Source: Rhodosorus marinus CCMP1338
Taxonomy: Eukaryota; Plantae; Rhodophyta
DNA: 64,000 nucleotides
Assembly: GCA_029953675.1 (NCBI GenBank)
Contig: JAMWBK010000004.1
Span: 1,860,001-1,924,000, forward strand
Reading direction: 5' to 3'
Shown in pieces: positions 1 to 11,333 of this stretch. Each line of letters opens with the position of its first letter. Position 1 is the first letter of the stretch. Under the pieces are notes generated by a model. The model was given only the letters and a program-made list of their open reading frames with translations, had not been told where the DNA came from and ran no database searches. Made by a program: the position numbers and the translations under genes.

Positions 1-1811
1 TAGGGCCACCGCTATAAGAGAGAGGTTCTGGTTCCTTTCCGTAGGTCATTCGGCCATCAACGGGGCGGAAGCACTCAGGGAAGCCCGTGACGTCTAGTCG
101 CTTGCAGAAGAGTCTGAAGTTCTGCCCTTCTTCTCTGATGAGCACGCGACACAACGTGTTGTCGCTGCGGAGCAATAGAAGAGCATTTTGATGAGAAGGC
201 ACTTGAAACCGCGTCGCCGACAATATCTCCAGATTCTTGTCTGCCCACGAGAGAAGAATCGGCTGTTCAAGCTTAGCAGAAACCAAACAAAAAAAGGATA
301 GCAGAAGGAGCTAGACCCAAACCGTACACACCTTCATCGTTCTCGACGAAATTTTCCAAGTACAACTGGGAGAACGGTCCTGAACACAAGCGCTCGTGAT
401 GGCTGATCAAGCTTATCCTGTTCCGGTACACAAAAGCAAGCACAACAGCTGTGCGAACAAAGCGGTTCGGCGATCGCTTGAGTACGATGCCATTAATAAA
501 TACAGATTGGCCAGTAGGAGTAGACGGGGAAATAGTTACAAACCTTCAGACACCCCAGGGTCCAAGAACCTCTTGTTCGTCATCGAAACCACCTGCATGT
601 ACCCGGCATCGACGACTCCCGATTGTGTACAAGAAAGCTCGTCCGGTCTATCTGAGCGGGTTTGCAGTATAAACCACTGCTCGAATGAAAGATTCGTAGC
701 GTTCCGCGTGCAAGCGAGCAAGGATAATCCATCGGAGACTACAACGTCGTCGTATCCTGTTGAGTTGACGAGGAAACCGATTACTGAGTGGTTAGGTGCT
801 TAGCCCCATCGTCGCGTCTGAGATTCTCAACGTCCTATGGACTTTCCACTTCCTTCGGGTTGCGGGCAGGTGGTGGATTCGACTGAGTATCTCGGCGTAT
901 TCTCACCTAGCTGTACAATCAAACCTACATCTTTGCAATCAAGTCGCGAGAAACGGGATCCTTGCCTAGGTGGATCGACCTGTGTCTCCGTCACAGTGTA
1001 CAGACCCTGATTGTCTCTCTTGAGAATGCAGACCCAAAACTTGCAATCCTCGGATATCAAAGTAACGATTCGGAAAGTTCCGGGGAGGTTCTGCAAAGCC
1101 ATTAACTTCGAGGGTCTAAGCTGCTTGCCTGGAGACTGCGTAAAAGCGCTTGTACCACCATAACCTGCGCCGGGGGAAACATGGAACAAAACACAACGGG
1201 TACAACAAAAGCCCACACGGATACCGTTAGGAATGCTTTTCGTCTGCTTTCGGCTAGTTGAGTCTACTCTTTGCCATTAGCCTCCGATAAAATGAGTAGA
1301 GCAGCTTACTCATCTTCAAAAGTCGGTATGAGCCAGTAGATTGATTCAAAACGCAGCGCAGGACAACCCAGCCGCCGCCGCGAAAAGTCACGAAAATATC
1401 ATCCGCGGTGCCCAGATACTTGCCGGGGACAACATCGATTGAGATATAGTCTGTACAGCGAATTCTACAGAGCTCTTCAACTCTGCCGTCGTCATTTTCC
1501 GGGTCCAATCCAGGCTGAGACCAAGAACCCTCGTTCAGAAACCTGGCGACGACCAACAACCCTTCATCTGTTATGTACACTGCCTGGGGTTCAGGACTAT
1601 CTACAAACCTTCCACAAACAATATATTCTTTTATCTCAGACGCTTTAAGTTTTCCCCAGGAGCCCAGTCGGGACCATGAACTAGAAGTCCGATCTGGCGG
1701 ACCGTCCCCAATTCCAGCTGGTTCGATATTTGCACCTCTTCCACCATTTCTGGAGTTTGACAACGTCAGCAGTTCTCTTGGATTCCTTGATGCCCATAAA
1801 TCCATGTCCAT
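1..1811 (-). CDS. Hypothetical multi-exon protein, 3' end unresolved at the window edge; weak resemblance to DDB1/CPSF160/SF3B3-type beta-propeller N-termini
   Basis: ATG at 1811 with an in-frame stop just upstream. ORFs 1254-1811, 827-1216 and 536-721 join in frame through GT..AG introns with CTAAT/CTAAC-like branch points. Beta-strand-like segments (LLVVARFL, DDIFVTFRGGGWVVLRC). The family assignment is pattern-level only. Confidence 0.45.
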
Positions 1812-3916
1812 GGTTCATTCAACGGTTCCAAGCGGCGGAACACCGCACCAACCACCACGAAAACAGCAACCGCCGTGGACGCTCAGAATCTCTTGCCTTG
1901 CAAGCTTCTTGAAAGCCGCCGGCGGTTTTCACACTACCCATCCACCCATGGCCGCAAAGGCCTAGAAGAATCATATTTCTTTTAGAGTTTTTTCTGCTCA
2001 GATCCTTTTTGGACAAGCCGATGAACAAGAAAGCAAAAGAGCGATACCAATTTTACTCACCCCCCTCAGCTTGTACTAAGACACGCTTTCGTAAACTCGG
2101 TCCGGAACTGTTCGGAACGAGCTGAGGGTGAAAGATGCGTTCTTGAACAGAGTAAGGATACATCTGGACAGCACCGCGAGATGCTGCCTACCATGCAGGA
2201 GGATCGAGTAGCGTTGAGCCTGAGCGAAGCACGACAGCGGGTACAACAAATTTTTTTTTGGGGTTTGACCGTGAATGGATTGTATGGATTGCATGAATTG
2301 TCTACAGACGAAAGCGCTCTCTCACCACAGTAGCGCTTGAGATTCAGCCATATCGAGAGGGTTGAAGGATCTCATTGAGTGTCCCAGGGAAGGGCTTCTC
2401 CTGGTACGACTGAGGGTTTGCATATTTGATATTGCGCGGAGTTAAATGGAGCTTCTAATCGAAGCAGAGCAGTGTACCGGGCGATGAAAGAAAAGTCCAC
2501 CAGAGAGTCTAGGACCACAAACTTGTATAGTCTGCGGGCGATGTATTGTCATGTTTCGCCCGCCTAGATAAAGACCCCTCACGAACAGAACCTAACTTCA
2601 AAGGATAACTGCAAGAGAACCAGCGCAGAACGGCTTAGCTTCTCACTAAGCAAACTGAACTTAGTCATATCGCACGTTTAGAAACGACAGACCAGAAAAC
2701 CCATACTCCAAGTAGCACAAACCGGCGCTGACTGTTTCATGTAGTTTGCTCACAAGCCAGTTCCAGAAATTTACTGCAAACTCGACATCCAGGTTACTAG
2801 TGTCCGAAGCTCATCAAAGCGCCGAGCAAACTGGCTGTACGACTCTCCCAAGTTCAAACACTAACCTGCACTCGCAGTGCTCTTATCAGGCTCGACGAGC
2901 AAACTGCCGCGGCTCTGCTCCTCAGCTCAATGATCGTCTGAGGTGTGTGCCCACCCCTATCTGTCAATACGTGTTCACCAGCCCCCACCAAGTCTGGCGG
3001 GTACAATAGTACTATTGATCACGATAATTCCAAATACTCATTATTTGGAACCTCTTTCCCAAACTTTGGCTCAAAAATGAATTAATATAATAAATTACGA
3101 TTCATTATGGAAGTATAGACTAAAACATAGCCAAACATCCACGCCGATTCGATGACCAAGCATGAAAGGTCAATACGAAATCTTATTTGTCAAAAAAAAA
3201 ACATAGATCAGGAAATCTCATCGAGCCTCAATAAATTGCACATACTTTACCATGCCTATAAATAACAACCATAACCACCCCCAATCGTCTATTTTATTAC
3301 AATAATCTCGTTTTATTGGATTTCATTGGAAGCCTCCTACCCCTCCCACATCAACGTCCCACATCAAAAATATCATTATACATAATAGTAAAAGCGTTTT
3401 AGCCGTCAGCACCATTGACAGTTAGACGCGACTTTCGCCATGAATTGCCGAAGAAAAAATTATATCCCAAACATCAATTCCTGTCCCAAAAACAAACTAC
3501 TCATAGAGGAAACGTACGAATGTTTTTTTAGGGGGGGGGGAGTACGCAAGCGTTCCAAAATCCAATATCAACTTCAATAACCCCCTATGATAATAACAAA
3601 AATTCTCAAATAATAAATAATACAATTAAAACAATTAGGAATTATGATTTTGTATGAATGGAAAGAGAGGGTTAGCATAATCTTATGTTCTATGTTGTAG
3701 GAGGGGGGAGGTTGATATGAGTTGATATGGTTTTAGATGGATAATGTAGTGTATTTTACTGTCTATGGAATGATATTAACGATGTAATTTGGTGTTCGCA
3801 TGTTGAGAGTGGATCGGCGTCTTCTGGTTTTTTTTTCTCTTGCTGGAAGATGAAGGCCACGTCTAGTCTGGTCGCGTTAGGGCGGACTTACTGCTTCAAT
3901 TAGTGAATTCGGCTTT

Positions 3917-4175
3917 GGGGGGAGGCGAGGGAGGGAGGGAGGGAGGGAGGAGGGGAGATTTGTATGGGTATGGGAGGGTAGAAGGAGCGGGTTAGCCATT
4001 GGTTAAGATTGTTTTTGAGCAGTGTTGTGAACTTGTGTCTTTTTTTTTTTTTTTGATGGGCTTGTTTGTGTTGTATATAGCTCTGTCGCAGCCTGTTGGA
4101 TGTTGGATGTAAGAACGTGCGATTGGTTTGGTGGGTGGGTGGGTGGGTGGGTTGGGGGGGGGGGGAAGGGGAGGG
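3917..4175 (+). repeat. G-rich tracts: (GGGA)n at about 3929-3947, (GGGT)n at about 4133-4152 and a G12 run; G-quadruplex-forming potential
   Basis: Read directly from the sequence, 40-300 nt upstream of the RING gene ATG at 4213. GTAAGA at about 4109 and TTCTAG at about 4203 suggest a 5' UTR intron. Confidence 0.7.
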
Positions 4176-4212
4176 AGGTGGTGTTTTCTTCCTTTTGTTC
4201 TAGTTGTAACTT

Positions 4213-5271
4213 ATGGCTGGGATAACTCATCGGAGTAGGATTCCGGTTGTGCCGGAGACTGAGGGAGGAAGGAGTCCCGAGGAAGACAGTGTTCCTGGAC
4301 CGGGACCTGGGCCTGGACCGGGAAGGGTTGGACCTGTGGAGGGCTCTGGAGGAGTTGACAGGAGGGAAGTAGGAGTTTCTAGGACCGTGCATGTGGTGAA
4401 TTTAAGGGGAAGAGTTGTTTTGGGAATGCTTTTGGGGTTCTTTGGGACTCTGGCGGTCGTTGGTTTGCTGGTTAATGGATATCGGTCATCTGTGCCTTAT
4501 GCTTCGTTCCTCGCGTTTTTCACACTTGCTTTGTTAACGAAATTGATCATTGGCGATCAGTCCCAGACCCATCGGAGGAATGGATATGTGCAGAGGCGCT
4601 ATATTGGAGGAATGGGAGGAGGCGGCAGACTAGTTGGTACAGAGAGGGTTCAGTATAGCCGCTTGAATCAGCGCCTTTCCCTTGTGGACCGCGACTTTGC
4701 GCCCGGAGATTATGACTTACTACTTGAGCTGGACAACAATAGCCAAAGATTTAGGACATTCCTTGAAGGAGCGTCAAAGGTGCGACCTGTTATCGCTTAA
4801 GACAGTAATCGAAACCCATTCTGAAAGTCTCCAAAATGTTCCATGATTTAGGATGTGGTTGACCGGTTGCCAAGCTACATATTTAAGCCCGAGCCGAACT
4901 CCCCTCCAAAGAGCTCAAATTCTTCGGCTGGTGATGTCAGCGTAACAAAAACAGGCTGCACAATCTGCTTGGAGGAGTTTTCCGCAGATCAGAATATTCG
5001 AATTCTTCCTTGTTTGCACCAATTTCACGTGGATTGCGTGGGTAAGGCTTCCGACCTTGATATTGGGTTGTTATGCAGTGTCATATTGTCCGGACGCAGC
5101 TCATCTTCTTGTTAATCTTTTTTCTCTTTGATTTTCAATCAATCAACAGACCGTTGGTTGTATCAACGTGCCAAATGCCCGGTGTGCAAGTTTATGATCG
5201 TTGACGTGGAAGAGGCCATACCGTCCTGGACGGAGACACAAACTGTATACGAGAATCCGAGGGAATGCTAA
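4213..5271 (+). CDS. Membrane-anchored RING-H2 E3 ubiquitin ligase, SDIR1-like (3 exons)
   Basis: Two hydrophobic helices (VVLGMLLGFFGTLAVVGLL, FLAFFTLALLTKLII), the motif RLSLVDRDFAPGDYDLLLELD, and spliced C3H2C3 CTICLEEF..LPCLHQFHVDCVDRWL..KCPVC. Stop at 5269-5271. Confidence 0.85.
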
Positions 5272-5842
5272 CTCTGTAGACATGTTCGGCGTCTATCTTA
5301 CTACCCGCCGCTAGTCGTCAATTAGCTCTTGCACATATGTAACGGATGGCGGAATGCTTGGGTTGGAATTACATCGCGCGGCCCGGCTCAATACCTTTAC
5401 AGGGTGGCCTGACTGACCCTGGAACTGATTTGCTAGACTTCGAACCCTATGTATCCAAGCACACAACAACTGGCGTGTCGAATGGCGAACTGATCTGCCA
5501 GTGGATTTGTTTGCTTGGGTAGGTAACTCCAGAAAGTTCCCTGCTCAGTGGGCATGTTAGACGCTAACACCGTATTTCTGCAAGCGCCACTGCTTGAACC
5601 ACTGTAAACTGTATTGTTACTACGAGATTGACCCAACCCAGGTTCTCTCCAGCAACTGTTTGCAAGCAGAAATCGACGCCGATCAGGACCTTGCCTCAGA
5701 AAACTAGTGCATTCCTTGCTGGTACTGCTTGAGCATCAGGAGGACTGATGTACATTAGGCCAAATCGCCTCTATAGGACATAATTAATTTATTTTCGGCT
5801 CGTACTTCCAAAAAGCTTTCCCATCTCTGCGGTAGCACGGCC

Positions 5843-8800
5843 TCAGTACTGTCGACTTCTGGTTGTAGGAATGGCGCAAGGTTTCCTGAGCGAGCTAATG
5901 CTCATTCTGCTGCCGACTGATCGCACCGAACCTTTGTCACTCTCATCGTCCGCACAGTTCTGAGCAACAGATTTCGACGATGAAATCGTAGGTCTGGTTA
6001 ATCGTTCCAATCCCGAAATATTGATTTGCTGAGATGACCTTCTCCCTACTGGAGTTCCTTGACGGACTGACGACCGGTTAGCCAAACTGCTCAGTTTCTC
6101 CTGGTACAAATCTTCAGAACCCAAACCCCTACCGAACTGCTTCTGCACAACGTCACACGTGGGAACCGGTTGTTAGTTTCACGGGGGTAAGGACCAGCAA
6201 AAGAAAGCTGAGCGGTCTAACTGCTTACCGAAGCATGGCGCGGCCTTGGAATCGAAGACTTCGTCATAGCGTAGTTGGCGGTCATCACCGACGATGGGCG
6301 CGTTGACTTTGGCGGAGGAAGTTGAGGCTGCTCATCATTATCCACTCGATTCAGCTCCGCAAGGATGGATCTCGTTGGTTGGTGGAGGGGGGGACTTTGG
6401 CGGGTACTAGAAGAGTCGTTTCTGCCGCCTACTGCTTGCTCTGACATCGCTGCTCGTTCGAGTATTTCGATGCGCTTGTTCGCCTCGTTCAGCTGCTTCT
6501 GAAGCTTTGCATTCTGATCGGAGTACCTGGCGACGTCCTCACCCGCTTTTTCCGATTCTCTAAGTTGCCTAGTGAGAATATGAACCTCTTCCTCCAGGCC
6601 TTGCTGAATTTTCTGCGCCTTGAATTCAGCTTTGCTGGAAGCCTGTGCAGTCTGAGAGTTCGCAAGTTGGAGTTGCTGCTCCAGTTTCGCGCTGTGATTC
6701 AAAATAGCCTGCTTCTCCTTCGTCAATTCGGCTAACTGTGTAAGCATCTTCCTTGATTTCGAAGAATCAAGATTCTGTCGAGCAGCTCCGAGCTCAGCTT
6801 TCGAAACGCGGGAGGCAAAGTTGAGACTTGAGAGCGTTTCAGAGCCATCGCTATCGGATGGACTGATGTTTACGAACATAAGCGTCTTCGCATCTCCCCC
6901 GAGCGCCGGCTGCAACAAGTAGGTTAACTTCGAATTCCGGAACGGGATGTGAGAATTATTCGACAGTATCGACGAGAAGACATCTCCAAGAGCGGAAAGT
7001 GACTTGTTAATGTGCTGGGCCTCTTTGAGACGATCCCCCGTGGCGTTTGTTCTCGACAACCGTTCAGATCCGGCCAGATCAACCTAAATTGTCAGTTCCA
7101 GAACACATCACAGCGTACGGAGAAGGCAGGACGGTACTTGAGTTCGGGATGATGTGGATAGTCCTCCAATGAGCAGATTCTGCTTCCAGTGCTATTGAAT
7201 TTGACTCACCATGTACATTTTTGCTTCAACTCGATCCCCATTCAACAAGTTCGTTCTCGTCACGTTGATGATTACGACGAGATGGCTTCGACTCGAATGT
7301 TCGTTCATGCATGTAGCTCCTGAAGACCTGTTCCGGGAACCAATCGCCATGACCTCCCAGACCTCATTTACGCTGTGGACTTCAATGCACCTCAAATTTG
7401 ACACGAAATTCTCGTTGGAGCCTTTCTTGATCTCCAGCTTGGGTCCGCTCGTGTTCAACAAGTCGTGCAGATTTTCATTGTATATTTCCAGCATCGATAT
7501 TGAAATAGATGTTTCAAACCGATCGGAGGCCTCTCGTGACGTCTGAAACAGTTCCTCCAGTGCTCGATGGTTGATTCCCATCTGCCCTCTCTCTCCGTTC
7601 ATGGTGTAGGTCTTCCCAGACCCCGTTTGTCCGTACGCGAAGATGCAGACGTTGTATCCATCCAATACCGAAGTAACAAGCGGTGAGATGTCGTCATAGA
7701 CAGCCTCTTGACTGTCCTCAGGACCGTAGACTCGATCGAACTCGTAGGTCTTTCCACCATCGATGGTGATAACTTGCGGCACACTTCCGTCTGATCTCTT
7801 CATGGTATCTTCTCGATCAGGAAAATCAACAATACAGGACTCAAAGGAATCTCTCGGTGGTCTGCAGCGACAGAATACACGGACATTCCCCCGCAGCTCC
7901 TGCAGCTGATTGAAAAGCTTTCTTCTCTGCTGAAGCTCAGTCCACCACTTCTCCCGGGCGTCTTCCAGTTGCTTTTCAAGCGCGTCCATCTTCTCGCGTA
8001 TTTTTATATCAAGCTCCGGCGTGGTCATGGTAAGCTCCTGGCTGAGGCCGTCAGGGGAGCAGGTCTTCTCATCAAAACTTTCGTCGAGGTGATGTTCCAT
8101 CTCTGCCGACAGTGACAATCCGTCATCCCCATCGCTCGCCGCCAAGCCCTTCCTAGGATCCGGCGTCTTCAGAACAGCGGGCGCTTGCTCCACGTTAACC
8201 TCCTCCTCTCCATAGGTTCCGCTCCGACGCTTCAGCTCGGATTCAAATACAATCTCTCTACTCTGCTCATCCACGAGGAGATATCTGTAATCCGAAAGGG
8301 CCGTATTCGTCGTTAAGAACTCCAGATACCAGTCACCAGTAAACCCTTTAACCTCGTCGACTACTCTTGACATCCGTAAGGCCCGCTCCGTGTTCCATTC
8401 GCCGAGAGGTTCACTAGCTCCACTGAAGTATATTGTCTGAGCACTGCTGCTGAAAAAGTGGTGCCTGAAGCTGAATCTTTTTATGGGATGGTCTACCACT
8501 TGACGATCAAATACTCTTTCGGCAAAGTGCTGGTCCCTTAGGTACTTCATGGATTCCTCTCCGTGGCATATTTGTGGAGAAGGAAACAATCGAGCTTCGT
8601 TCTTTGACTGCCAATCGAGGTTTGCACTGTCAGGAAAGAGCCACCCTCTTTGGAGGTCTCGATTCTCGACAAAGGCTTTCTTGACTTGCATGGAACAGTT
8701 CCCAAGGTCTGCACCATGTCTGAGGAAGAAACTGATCACGTTTCCAGTTGGCATGTCAGATATTTCAAAAACGAATACTCCATTACTGGTGAAGTTGCAG

Positions 8801-9033
8801 TCCTTGACCCTGGTCAAAAACGTCGACCCTCTGTCTCCAACTAGCTGAACGTAGACGTGTACTTCCTTGCCATGCCACGCCACATCTCCCGTTTTCACTG
8901 TTATTCGATAAGCTTGCTTTCGGTTGCGGGGTTTTAGCGACGCTTTCAGCGAGGAAGACGTCGATGCAGATGAAAAAGAAAACGATTCCCTCGTCATAAT
9001 AGGAGTAAAAACCTCAGCCATCTGTCCAGTCAT
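5843..9033 (-). CDS. Kinesin-14 motor with N-terminal PLAT/LH2 and CBM20 (starch-binding) domains (3 exons)
   Basis: PLAT: [24 protein letters not shown] (about 8910-8585). CBM20: [39 protein letters not shown] (about 8484-8210). Kinesin-14 neck [20 protein letters not shown]-loop GQTGSGKT, switch I NEHSSRSH, switch II DLAGSER (after intron 7209-7084), [10 protein letters not shown], then a C-terminal coiled coil and S/R-rich tail. Confidence 0.92.
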
Positions 9034-9982
9034 CTTGAGCTCTATCCGTGAACCCCCCACCCCAATCACCGCCACGTCCACAACTGAGTCAGAACAGACA
9101 AGAACCACCCGTGGTCTAATCTCTGGTTTCTCAATCTACGCCAAGTTCCATTTCCACAAAGTTTCGATTTCTCTTCCTGTTCAATCCCTTCAAGATCAAA
9201 GAGAAGGGATCCTACATGAGCATAAAGATGCAGACAATTGACTTGCAAACTATCACCACCACCATTCAGCAATAGAAACCCTATTGCCGCCCATGACGAA
9301 TGAAAAATGGAAGAAAAGGATCAACGCGGTATCCTGCGAAATCTCGAGTCTTAATTTTCATAATAATTTTAGTATTTTCGGGTATGCTTCAGGGTGAAAA
9401 TCGTTCTCGGCGTTAAGATTTTGAATATTTAAATTTGATCGGGTTTGAAATTTTTCGAGCAAAAAGGCTTAGCGGGGGTTTCGATAGGAGAGGACTTGAG
9501 GCTTTTGCTCGCAACGCGAAAGTAGAGGCTTTCGAATTATCTGTCACGGTTTTGAGTGGTTTGATTGTTCATTTTGATGGACTATATACTTCTGCGCAGG
9601 TGTATTTATGTTGCGAAGATGATCGAAGTTGTGCTCAGTTGATAGGGGCCATTCAGTGTCAGGATCGCCAGTGCTATCTTCCGGGTAGTCCAACGAACAC
9701 GGTACGTCCTTCCTTCTGTGGTATCGACAGATTTATAGTTAGCAACTCGCCGACTTGTGTAGTGGTGAGCGGCAATGCTGCGATGATGCCGCTCCTGAGG
9801 AGAAATGTAAACGTTTGGACGCGTATGTCCCTTAGGCGTATGCCACGATCGCACTTCCCATGCGCATCTTCTCGTCAGCAAGAGGTACGGTGTCGCGCAG
9901 TCAGGGAAGGGCAATCAGGCAGCCTGATTGGGAGAAGCATTAGCCCACGTCTCCCGAATCCCTTCGCCCTCGAACCGAGAAA

Positions 9983-10575
9983 TTGTCAATTGAACAAAGC
10001 TGCGATGGTCTCCGAAGCTCAAAGGCTTCGAAAAAATGTGAGTTCGGGGTGCCTTCGGTAAATTATTTAGGACGCATACTGCAGAATGGTACTCGGAGAC
10101 CGGATCCTGAAAAGGTAGAAGCTACCGCTCGATGGAAACTGCCAACAAGCCCGACGGAGGTGAAGAGTTTTCTGGGTTTCTGCAACTTCGTTCGTGAGTG
10201 CATTGCTGACCAGTCTCGAGATGCGGTCTCTTTTGACCTAGCTAACAAAGCTTGGGAAGTGGCCATGGACCCCAGGTGGGCAAGGCAGCTTTTGATCGGC
10301 TGAAAGCTGCCGTCACTGAACTGTACCTGCCAGACCTTGGGCTCTCGTTTGTGGTCACCAGCGATGCCAGCATAGCGAGTGCGAGCTGTTTTCTAGAAGA
10401 AGCGCAGAGGTCAGGAGGTACCGGTCGAGTTTTTCTCCAGGAAGTTTCACGACACTGGTACATCCTATACCTCCCCGGTTTAGTCGCGGTCGTCGTCTTA
10501 GCGGTCGCTCATTGGCACGTGTACCTGGAGGGGCGGAACTTCTTGGTGCGGACCCCCCCGATCACCATCCGGTAA
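9983..10575 (+). mobile_element. Degenerate Ty3/gypsy LTR-retrotransposon pol fragment (RT C-terminus, connection, RNase H)
   Basis: KCEFGVPSVNYLGRIL..PDPEKVEA..W..P..EVKSFLGFCNF; AFDRLKAAV..PD..SFVVTSDAS; LAVAHWHVYLEGRNFLVRT. Frameshifted and interrupted. Confidence 0.8.
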
Positions 10576-10908
10576 CGTTCTCACCGGCCCAACTGGGTCT
10601 GCCGTCGTGTCAGCTATATTCGCAGCGGACTTCACATGTTGAAAAAAATCAAAGCAAGAGAATCTAAAAGCTTCTTGGAAAGGAATGTGATTGATGAAAT
10701 TGTCCAGACTACACTTCAACGAGGCGGCAGGGTTCTCGGTTGCCTACTTGGTCCTGTTGCTGACTTTTGAAAACCTCAATCGTAGAGTTCACTGAAGAGC
10801 GCTTGTTCACGTTGTATCTTCAGTAGAGGCGCACCAGGAGGTTGCGGTGCTAGCACTAACGACTGCTGCGGCGTAAGATCCGACAGCAGCGATTGCATTT
10901 CTATAAGT

Positions 10909-10925
10909 AACAACAACAACAACAA
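10909..10925. repeat. (AAC)5 microsatellite
   Basis: aacaacaacaacaacaa read directly. Confidence 0.6.
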
Positions 10926-11333
10926 TTTTGTACCTGCCGGTCACAGACTAGCCTTGGGGGTTCGGATAGAATGATTCGATGGAACGGATGAAGCCATAAG
11001 TATCATGCGACCATGCACAGTCACCCCGGCTCGTACATTTCCGCAGTTATTTGATGTTTAAGTCAGGCAGCTCAAAATTGGTGGAACTCGTTGGCGCGGA
11101 TTCCAGGGTACAATCCAATCTCGCGACTCGGCAATGCTCGAAAGTTGTAATATACACGTGCTGTGTGGACCACTTTAGCTGAATATATTGCCCTCAGAAG
11201 ATCAGAAGCAAACATATACACAATAGCACTGCGATCGCGACAGGATATGCTAAGCATCTTATGCTATTTGATTCCCTCAAAATCTCTTAAAGCGTAAATA
11301 CAGCTTTCCAGTTAGCGTCTAGTTAAGAATGAG

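Noticed and set aside
2300-3050. Possible small minus-strand gene
   Set aside because: Promoter polarity hints at it, but no consistent exon chain with plausible intron sizes could be built.
9435-10061. 208-aa + strand ORF next to the gypsy relic
   Set aside because: No motif, non-ATG start, overlaps decayed element sequence.
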